From Acutalibacteraceae bacterium (GTDB lineage Bacteria > Bacillota > Clostridia > Oscillospirales > Acutalibacteraceae), in NCBI GenBank assembly GCA_045627825.1, contig JAZQON010000052.1, positions 57,380 through 121,379 on the forward strand: DNA of 64,000 nt, written 5' to 3'. The position numbers and the translations under genes are program-made. Below the pieces are notes generated by a model. That model was not told the DNA's origin, searched no databases, and saw only the letters and a program-made list of their open reading frames with translations. Shown in pieces: positions 9,800-16,264 of the stretch (the first letter of the stretch is position 1; each line of letters starts with the position of its first letter).

Positions 9800-11005
9800 T
9801 TGAATAAGAAAATATCTGTCGGTTTATGCCTTTCTCTGGTTATTATTGCCATTGCCGCCACATTCACCGGAACAATGGTGGCTTCAAAGCAGATATATAA
9901 CGGCATAATCAATAATATTTCTCAGCGTTCACAAACCTATGAATCCGTTGACGAAATAAGCAAGATTATATCAAGCTATTTTTACGGCAGTGTTGATGAC
10001 AGAAACCGCCTTAACAGCGCACTTGCAGAGGGTTATGTTAACGGTCTCGGAGATTCAAACAGCGTTTATCTGAGCGCTTCCGAGTATGCGGATTATACCG
10101 CCAAGCTCAACGGAGGGCTTACGGGAATAGGCATTGAGACCGCATATGATTACAGCAGGGGCGCTCTTGTGATTACGAATGTTTATCCCGATTCGCCTGC
10201 CGAAAAAGCGGAGCTTAAGGTATTCGACGAGATAACCGCCGTGAACGATATAACCGTTACAAGAAGCAATTATACGGCGCTCCGTGAGAAATTTTACGGA
10301 AACCGCCTTACATCTGTTCGGATTGAATACGAAAGAGACGGCGACACAAAGGTTGTTGAACCGCTTCTCGGATTTTCGATTCCGAGTGTTACGGGATATC
10401 TTAACGGAAATGTAGGTTATATCAGGATAAACGGATTTTTCAAAAATACCGCCGATGAATTCAAAACCCTCATCACAAAGCTTCGTGATGAGGGAGCGGA
10501 AAGCGTTATTTTCGATGTCAGGGGTACTTCGGAGGGAACGGTTGACTATGCCGCAAAGGTGATAGATGTTATCGTTCCGGCAATATCCGGAAATATTGCC
10601 GTTGCAAAGGATAAGAACGGCAATGTATATAAGGATAAAATTTATACCGCCGAAAACAGCAGTTTTATTATGCCGAGCGTTGTGCTGATAAACTCATATA
10701 CCAAGGGTGCGGCTGAGCTTTTCGCCTGCGATATGAGGGATATCAATCAGGCACAGCTTGTGGGAACAAAGACTGCCGGAGTAGGCACAATGCAGGAGCT
10801 TTTTGCTCTTGAGGACGGCGGTGCGGTATTGCTTACCGTTGCACTCGTTGAGCCTAAGGGCGGCGCAGATGCCGTATATGAGGGCATCGGAGTTGCTCCC
10901 ACCGTTGAGATTACTCTCAGCCACGGTGATGAATCAAACTTCGCACTTCTGACCGCCGAGCAGGATAATCAGCTTTCAGCGGCATTCAATATGCTTTCGG
11001 CGTAA
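9800..11005 (+). CDS. S41 (C-terminal processing peptidase, CtpA/CtpB-like) homolog with PDZ domain, apparently catalytically inactive
   Basis: TTG start 9 nt after AGGAGA. N-terminal TM, PDZ (GIGIE...VITNVYPDSPAEKAEL) and an S41 core. The GSASASE and FGKG motifs read YTKGAAE and AGVG, so Ser becomes Gly303 and Lys becomes Val328. Confidence 0.8.
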   Translation: MNKKISVGLCLSLVIIAIAATFTGTMVASKQIYNGIINNISQRSQTYESVDEISKIISSYFYGSVDDRNRLNSALAEGYVNGLGDSNSVYLSASEYADYTAKLNGGLTGIGIETAYDYSRGALVITNVYPDSPAEKAELKVFDEITAVNDITVTRSNYTALREKFYGNRLTSVRIEYERDGDTKVVEPLLGFSIPSVTGYLNGNVGYIRINGFFKNTADEFKTLITKLRDEGAESVIFDVRGTSEGTVDYAAKVIDVIVPAISGNIAVAKDKNGNVYKDKIYTAENSSFIMPSVVLINSYTKGAAELFACDMRDINQAQLVGTKTAGVGTMQELFALEDGGAVLLTVALVEPKGGADAVYEGIGVAPTVEITLSHGDESNFALLTAEQDNQLSAAFNMLSA

Positions 11006-11009
11006 AAGT

Positions 11010-11600
11010 TTAAAATTTCCTTCTCAGCTCGGTTACTTTTCCTACTATCGTAACGGGCAGAGAAATGATATCCTCATTCATGTAAAACATCGGCTCATAA
11101 GCCGGATTTTCGGGCACCAGCATTATGCCGGTGTCCTTTTTTATTATTTTTTTAACCGTTGCATCGTTGCCATTGACAAGCACAACGGCGATTTCTCCGT
11201 TTTCAATATCGGGCTGACGGCGAACAATAACCGTGTCTCCGTCTCTGAATAGCGGAAACATACTGTCGCCTTTTATTTTCAGTCCGAAATATTCGCCCTT
11301 TGAGGCGATATCAGCGCTAATTTCTTCGTAATCCAATATATCCTCTATTGCCTCCATCGGTATTCCCGCTCTCACATATCCGAGAACGGGAATTGTTATT
11401 TTTTCGTCAAAATCCTCACTGCCGATAAGCTTGCCTACCGATATGCCGAAAATTTTCGAAAGTGTCAGCAAGCTGTTGTTATCGGGTGAGGTTTTTCCTT
11501 TTTCCCATTGACTGACTGCCGTCTGGTGAACATGGCATAACTCTGCAAGCTCACGCTGAGAAAGATTTTTCTGCTTTCTCAATTCTTTTATTATTTCCAT
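11010..11600 (-). CDS. XRE-HTH / S24 peptidase repressor (phage CI / LexA-like, autocleavable)
   Basis: N-terminal HTH_XRE (KNLSQRELAELCHVHQTAVSQWEKGKTSP), Ala-Gly cleavage context (VRAGIP), S24 Ser (GDSMFP) and Lys (TVKKI). Confidence 0.9.
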   Translation of the reverse strand: MEIIKELRKQKNLSQRELAELCHVHQTAVSQWEKGKTSPDNNSLLTLSKIFGISVGKLIGSEDFDEKITIPVLGYVRAGIPMEAIEDILDYEEISADIASKGEYFGLKIKGDSMFPLFRDGDTVIVRRQPDIENGEIAVVLVNGNDATVKKIIKKDTGIMLVPENPAYEPMFYMNEDIISLPVTIVGKVTELRRKF

Positions 11601-11610
11601 ATTTTCCTCC

Positions 11611-11628
11611 TGCCGCCTTAAGGCGGCA
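11611..11628. promoter_or_regulatory. Perfect 18-bp palindrome abutting the repressor gene's Shine-Dalgarno sequence
   Basis: TGCCGCCTTAAGGCGGCA lies directly 5' (in mRNA sense) of GGAGG-N6-ATG of the 11010-11600 gene. Candidate operator or 5'-UTR hairpin. Confidence 0.4.
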
Positions 11629-11652
11629 TATCTACATCTTATTCACGCCTAT

Positions 11653-11681
11653 ATTATGAGCTAAACTATTGAAAATGTCAA
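11653..11681 (-). promoter_or_regulatory. Candidate promoter of the XRE/S24 repressor gene
   Basis: On the minus strand: TTGACA (rc of 11676-11681), 17-nt spacer, CATAAT (rc of 11653-11658). Confidence 0.55.
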
Positions 11682-11710
11682 CAATTTTTTCCAAATGATG
11701 AAAAATTCTC

Positions 11711-11739
11711 TTGACAATCGAACAGATGTTCGTTATAAT
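11711..11739 (+). promoter_or_regulatory. Consensus sigma-A promoter of the lysis cassette
   Basis: TTGACA (11711-11716), 17-nt spacer, TATAAT (11734-11739). It lies about 26 nt upstream of the GGTGGTG RBS and the TTG start at 11773. Confidence 0.8.
11719..11732. promoter_or_regulatory. SOS (Cheo) box, predicted LexA operator
   Basis: CGAACAGATGTTCG matches the Gram-positive consensus CGAACRNRYGTTCG at every position. It sits entirely inside the -35/-10 spacer. Confidence 0.75.
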
Positions 11740-11772
11740 CAATAGCATAACTCTTAAAAAGGTGGTGACAAA

Positions 11773-12405
11773 TTGGAAAGAAGTCTGTTGACGGAAGAAG
11801 AATATTTCGTTTTTCCGTCAGAGGAAGAGATTCAGGCGGCTCAGGGGGCGTGCTGCGGAAGATGCTGTTCGGCGTGCGAAACGCCTGCCGCTTATGCATG
11901 GCGCAAGCGTGATATTGATATGTCGGTTCTGCTTGAAACAGCCGTTAAAAACGAGCTTTCGGAAACGGAAAGAAAAATGATAGAGGAGTATTTTTATAAT
12001 TCCAAAAAGCTTGTAACAATTGCCGCAGAAAGAGGAGTGAGCGGTGCGGCGGCAGGAAAAAGTCTTGAAAGAGCGCTTGAAAAGCTTCGCAATGCGCTTA
12101 AATATGTTGTGATGTATCAACATATCTGTGCCGATGAAAGCATTATTCCGCTTGCCGTACGCAGGGCAGCGGCAATTGCTCAGGCAAGAAAAACCGGCGG
12201 CGAAACCGTGGGTGAAAGACTTCTGAGCCTTAGAATGCGTGAAAATCTTTCCCGTAAAACGGTTGAAGAAATTCTCGGAATAGAGCCTGCACGGCTCGGA
12301 TATATAGAGCGTGACGAAAAGGATATTTCCGGAGCGGAGCTTATAATGCTGAGCGGATTTTACGGTGTTTCAGTCGATTACATATTGAAAGGAGAAAACC
12401 GATGA
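11773..12405 (+). CDS. Dual-HTH regulator: Cys-rich N-terminus, sigma-70 region-4-like HTH and C-terminal XRE HTH
   Basis: TTG start after GGTGGTG. CCGRCCSAC cluster at aa 27-35. LSETERKMIEEYF...TIAAERGVSGAAAGKSLERALEKLR resembles sigma-70 region 4. GERLLSLRMRENLSRKTVEEILGIEPARLGYIERDEKDIS is XRE-like. Confidence 0.65.
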   Translation: MERSLLTEEEYFVFPSEEEIQAAQGACCGRCCSACETPAAYAWRKRDIDMSVLLETAVKNELSETERKMIEEYFYNSKKLVTIAAERGVSGAAAGKSLERALEKLRNALKYVVMYQHICADESIIPLAVRRAAAIAQARKTGGETVGERLLSLRMRENLSRKTVEEILGIEPARLGYIERDEKDISGAELIMLSGFYGVSVDYILKGENR

Positions 12406-12659
12406 CGGATAAAAATGAGCTTTTAAGGCTCGGTGAGGAATATGATGCGGCGGCGGATATAGTTAAGGAGAGAATAGCGGAAAGGCTGAGAAAGCTCAGA
12501 ATACTCCGTGCCGCAGGGAAAATGCTTACCGATGATGCATATATTCTCAAAAGCGAGCTTAACCAGCTTTACAGAGAATATAACGATGCGGTCAACACGG
12601 CTTCATATCTTAAAAATTATTATTCCGATAAAGAAACAATAGAAAAATTACTTGTATAG
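12402..12659 (+). CDS. Hypothetical 85-aa helical / coiled-coil protein
   Basis: ATGA overlap with the upstream gene. Charged helical sequence with no recognised family. Confidence 0.55.
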   Translation: MTDKNELLRLGEEYDAAADIVKERIAERLRKLRILRAAGKMLTDDAYILKSELNQLYREYNDAVNTASYLKNYYSDKETIEKLLV

Positions 12660-12669
12660 GAGTTGAATA

Positions 12670-13425
12670 ATCATAAATAAAAAAATCTGTATTGCTGTCG
12701 GACACGGCAAATCGGTCAGCGGCGGCTATGACAGCGGTGCCGTCAGCAGGGACGGCAAATATCACGAATTTAAAATTGCAAAGGAAATTGCAAAATATGC
12801 TTCGGAATATCTCGGATGCGACCTGATGAATTATAACGGCGACATTTATCTTGTTGACAGAATAAAGAAAATCAATGCGGCGGATTATGATTTCGTTGCG
12901 GAAATTCATCTTAATGCAGGCGGCGGAACGGGAACGGAAACCTATTATTATCACGGTTCTCCCACCGGCAAAAAGGCTGCCGATGTGATATGCAAAAATA
13001 TTTCCGAAGCGCTTGCGGTAAGAAACAGAGGGGCAAAAATCAGGCTCGGCAAAAACGGGACGGATTATTTCGGATTTATCAGACAGACAAAGCCCTGCGC
13101 CGTGCTGATTGAAACGGCGTTTATTGATAATTCCGATGACCTTGCGAAAATCAGAACCGTGCAGGGGATGAAAGACTGCGGAATCGCAATCGGCAGAGCG
13201 CTTGAATCCGTGCTGATGGGCGGCGGCAATCCGTTTGAGGTTGAGGTTTCGTGCCTGAGCCTGAATATCCGAAAGGGCGCCGGAATGGAATATCCCGTTT
13301 GCGGTTATCTCAGAAACGGCAACAAGGTCAAAATTGATAAAACCGATGAAAACGGCAGATGGGGAAGGCTTTCCGACGGCAGGGGCTGGATAAACATCAC
13401 CGATAAATATGTAAGGAGAAAATAA
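12670..13425 (+). CDS. N-acetylmuramoyl-L-alanine amidase (Amidase_3) + SH3b endolysin with a non-canonical start
   Basis: The frame opens after TGA at 12664-12666. The conserved N-terminus KKICIAVGHGKSVSGGYDSGAVS lies upstream of the first ATG (12826). AGGAG (12658-12662) sits 7 nt before ATC 12670. C-terminal SH3b-like NIRKGAGMEYPV...GRWGRLSDGRGWI. Confidence 0.8.
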   Translation: MINKKICIAVGHGKSVSGGYDSGAVSRDGKYHEFKIAKEIAKYASEYLGCDLMNYNGDIYLVDRIKKINAADYDFVAEIHLNAGGGTGTETYYYHGSPTGKKAADVICKNISEALAVRNRGAKIRLGKNGTDYFGFIRQTKPCAVLIETAFIDNSDDLAKIRTVQGMKDCGIAIGRALESVLMGGGNPFEVEVSCLSLNIRKGAGMEYPVCGYLRNGNKVKIDKTDENGRWGRLSDGRGWINITDKYVRRK

Positions 13426-13426
13426 A

Positions 13427-13627
13427 ATGGACTGGAACTTACTGTTTTCTTTTCTCGGTTCCGCAATCGGGTGCGTTGCAGGTATTCTTGCTTCGCAGAA
13501 GCTCACAAATTACCGTCTCGAACAGCTCGAAATAAAGGTGAATAAGCATAATAACCTTGTTGAGCGTATGACGGTCAGCGAGATGAAAATAAAATCAATT
13601 GAAGAAAGGATAAACCATAATGATTAA
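13427..13627 (+). CDS. Small membrane protein (N-terminal TM + coiled coil), possible holin accessory in the XhlA position
   Basis: AAGGAGA RBS. TM segment WNLLFSFLGSAIGCVAGILA followed by a heptad-like LEQLEIKVNKHNNLVERMTVSEMKIKSIEERI. Confidence 0.6.
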   Translation: MDWNLLFSFLGSAIGCVAGILASQKLTNYRLEQLEIKVNKHNNLVERMTVSEMKIKSIEERINHND

Positions 13628-13862
13628 AAAAATACTCGGAAGAATTTCGGAAATTGCCCCGGGAACATGGGTAAGGCTTGCTCTGCTTATTGCCGCACTT
13701 GTGAATACCTCGGTAAAGCTCATCGGCGGTAATGAAAGCTTTGAAAATGTGACCGCAGTGGTGGTTATGGTGGTTACTGCTCTTACGGCTTATTGGAAAA
13801 ATAATTCTTTTACCGAAGCGGCAATTGCGGCGGATGAGATTATGAAAAGTCTCAAAAAGTAA
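13620..13862 (+). CDS. XhlB / SPP1-family phage holin
   Basis: GTWVRLALLIAALVNTSVKLIG and TALTAYWKNNSFTEAA resemble B. subtilis XhlB as I remember it (GTVIRTVLLLIALINQ..., AAWFKNNYVTEKG). Two TMs. 8-nt overlap with the previous ORF. Confidence 0.75.
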   Translation: MIKKILGRISEIAPGTWVRLALLIAALVNTSVKLIGGNESFENVTAVVVMVVTALTAYWKNNSFTEAAIAADEIMKSLKK

Positions 13863-13936
13863 TTGTTAAATTACACTAAAATCCAATGCGTATAATGTTA
13901 AAAATACACAAAAAAATAATTCAAATCAATTTCTTC

Positions 13937-13965
13937 TTGACTTATTGCGTTTTCTGAAAGATAAT
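13937..13965 (+). promoter_or_regulatory. Candidate promoter for the M28 peptidase gene
   Basis: TTGACT (13937-13942), 17-nt spacer, GATAAT (13960-13965). Confidence 0.45.
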
Positions 13966-13997
13966 TATAAGTAATAAATATACAGGGAGAGATTTAT

Positions 13998-15242
13998 ATG
14001 GATTTCAGCAACATTATCGCAAAGAAAAGAACATATGCAAATTTCATGGTAAAAGAAATTACCAAAATTTGCACGAAGTTTGAAAAGCGTGGTCCCGGCT
14101 CAAAGGGTGAGGAGCAGGCGTGCGAATATATGGCAAAATATCTTAAGGAAGCTTGCGGATGCGAGAGAGCCGATGTTGAATCGTTCAAAGAAAATCCCGG
14201 CTCATTCTTCGGCTGGATTTATATCACGATTTCCTGCGTGCTTCTTGCTATGGTTCTGGTTCTCGTTAACCATGCCGCAAAAACAGTTATTCTGCCGATA
14301 ATTGCGGCTGTTCTCATCGTTTTCGGACTTGCGCTTGCAGTTCTTCAGTTCGGTATGTATAAAAAAGCGGTTGACTTCCTCTTCCCCGAAAAGACAGGTC
14401 ATAATGTAACCGCTATCAAAAAGCCCACCGGTGAAGTTAAGAGAAGAATAGTTTTCAACGGTCACCCCGATGCAGCATGGGAATGGCCCGTTAACTATGC
14501 TCTCGGCGGCGTAGGCTTTGAATCACACGCAATCATCTGCGCTCTCGGTGCAGTTTTCTATCTTGTTATCGCTATCCTTTCGGCTAAAGCCGGAGCAATT
14601 GAAGGCGCTCTCTTCAAAACAGCTCTCTGGGGACTTTTCTTCACCCCGTTCCTCATCGGTCTCTATTTCATGTGGAATAAGAACAGAATAGTTGACGGCG
14701 CAAACGATAACCTTTCAGGTTGCTATATGGGTATTGCAATCCTCAAGGCTCTCAAGGATGAGGGCATTGAGCTTGAGAATACCGAAATCGGCGTTGTTCT
14801 TACCGGCTCGGAGGAAGCAGGTCTCAGAGGTGCAAAAGCATGGTGCGAGGCTCACAAGGGTGAGTTTGATGATGTTCCCACTTTCATTTATTCATATGAT
14901 ACCATTCACGACCCCAAATATCTCATGACAAATTACCGTGACCTTAACGCTACCGTTAAAGCCGATAAGGATGTTTCCGACCTCTTTATGGAGTGCGCAA
15001 AGGACCTCGATATCAGATGCCTTAAGGGTATGGTTCCTCCTCTCGGCGGTGCTACCGATTCAGCGGCATTTGCTCAGGCAGGCTTCAGAGCAACCGGTAT
15101 TACGGGTCTTAACCACAAGCTTGAAAACTACTATCACACCAGAAGAGACTCCTATGATAATATGAATGTTGACGGACTTGCGGATTGCTTCGCAGTCAGC
15201 GTTAAGGTTCTTGAGGAGTTTGACAAGGGCGCAAAACAGTAA
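13998..15242 (+). CDS. Membrane-embedded M28-family metallopeptidase
   Basis: M28 motifs HPDAAWEW, NDNLSGC and TGSEEAGLRGAKAW, with several internal TM helices. Confidence 0.8.
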   Translation: MDFSNIIAKKRTYANFMVKEITKICTKFEKRGPGSKGEEQACEYMAKYLKEACGCERADVESFKENPGSFFGWIYITISCVLLAMVLVLVNHAAKTVILPIIAAVLIVFGLALAVLQFGMYKKAVDFLFPEKTGHNVTAIKKPTGEVKRRIVFNGHPDAAWEWPVNYALGGVGFESHAIICALGAVFYLVIAILSAKAGAIEGALFKTALWGLFFTPFLIGLYFMWNKNRIVDGANDNLSGCYMGIAILKALKDEGIELENTEIGVVLTGSEEAGLRGAKAWCEAHKGEFDDVPTFIYSYDTIHDPKYLMTNYRDLNATVKADKDVSDLFMECAKDLDIRCLKGMVPPLGGATDSAAFAQAGFRATGITGLNHKLENYYHTRRDSYDNMNVDGLADCFAVSVKVLEEFDKGAKQ

Positions 15243-15257
15243 TAATATAATAAAAAT

Positions 15258-15290
15258 TATTCCCACCGTTCAAAACGGTGGGAATTCTTT
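15258..15290. terminator. Bidirectional terminator between the M28 gene and the GT2 gene
   Basis: ATTCCCACCGTT (15259-15270), loop CAAA, AACGGTGGGAAT. A/T runs on both sides. Confidence 0.75.
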
Positions 15291-15315
15291 ATAAATAAAA
15301 TTTGTTGAAAATATA

Positions 15316-16257
15316 TTAGTTATTTATGTGTAATATTTTTTCTCTATATGCTTTATGAAGATTCATTTCAAAATCATGTCTGTTTTTTTGAACCATTGTT
15401 TGAAGAGACAGCCCGGCAAAAAATGATTGGATAGCTGTCATCGTTGTAAAGCCACAGGCAATTAGTGTCGGAAATTTTGGAACTAACCCGGTTTCAAAAT
15501 AATCAATCAAAATCGGAATAAAAAATATTACAGATAAAACGACTAATGCAAATGCAATTGTTCCGAAAAATTTGAGTGGTTTATATGTTCTGTAAAGTCG
15601 AAAAATGGTTTTCAGTACTTTATATCCGTCTGAATATGTATTCAGTTTTGATTCACTGCCTTCGGGCCTGTCACGGTAATCAACCACAACATTTTCCACA
15701 AACATATTTTTATCAATTGCATGGATGCTCATTTCTGTTTCAATTTCAAATCCTTTGGAGAGCACAGGAAATGTTTTGACAAATTCGTATCCGAATGCCC
15801 GATATCCGGTCATAATATCTTTTATATCGCTGTGAAAAAGAATATTTATACTTTTTCTCACTAATGAATTTCCCAAATTATGAAAAGGTCTCTTGTTTTC
15901 TGAAAAATATGTTGAGGATAATCTGTCACCAACAACCATATCTGCCTTTTTATCCAACACCAGTTTTACCATTTCGGGAGCGCTTTCAGCAGGATAGGTG
16001 TCATCGCCGTCAACCATGATATAACATTCCGCATCAATTTCACGAAACATACGGCGGATTACATTTCCTTTGCCCTGCTGATATTCATGCCTGACAACGG
16101 CACCGGCACTTTCTGCAATATTTGCAGTATTATCGGTAGAATTATTATCATAAACATAAATTGTTGCGTTTGGAAGAACTTTTCTAAAATCATATATTAC
16201 TTTTTCTATTGTTTCGGCTTCATTGTAGCATGGAATTAAAACGGCTATTTTATCCAT
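15316..16257 (-). CDS. GT2 polyprenyl-phosphate glycosyltransferase (GtrB/CsbB/DPM1-like)
   Basis: IPCYNEAETI...YDNNSTDNT...MVDGDDTYP GT-A motifs plus two C-terminal TMs. The gene is visibly AT-rich. Confidence 0.85.
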   Translation of the reverse strand: MDKIAVLIPCYNEAETIEKVIYDFRKVLPNATIYVYDNNSTDNTANIAESAGAVVRHEYQQGKGNVIRRMFREIDAECYIMVDGDDTYPAESAPEMVKLVLDKKADMVVGDRLSSTYFSENKRPFHNLGNSLVRKSINILFHSDIKDIMTGYRAFGYEFVKTFPVLSKGFEIETEMSIHAIDKNMFVENVVVDYRDRPEGSESKLNTYSDGYKVLKTIFRLYRTYKPLKFFGTIAFALVVLSVIFFIPILIDYFETGLVPKFPTLIACGFTTMTAIQSFFAGLSLQTMVQKNRHDFEMNLHKAYREKILHINN

Positions 16258-16264
16258 ATATTTA

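Larger units (their letters stand above)
11010..13862. mobile_element. Prophage-derived (domesticated or remnant) lysis cassette with its own repressor
   Basis: Repressor, regulator, endolysin and holin genes only. No integrase, terminase, capsid, tail or replication genes are present. The flanks are core genes. Confidence 0.55.

Noticed and set aside
12610-13506. 298-aa minus-strand ORF
   Set aside because: It is antisense to the amidase/SH3b endolysin gene. It is rich in F, I and R runs and has no motifs, so I treat it as a shadow ORF. The same reasoning applies to 5482-6012, 34025-34567, 47667-48194, 57192-57794 and 58976-59701.
11010-13862. Intact or inducible complete prophage
   Set aside because: Only regulatory and lysis genes are present. 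No integrase, structural or replication genes and no att-like direct repeats could be seen at the borders.
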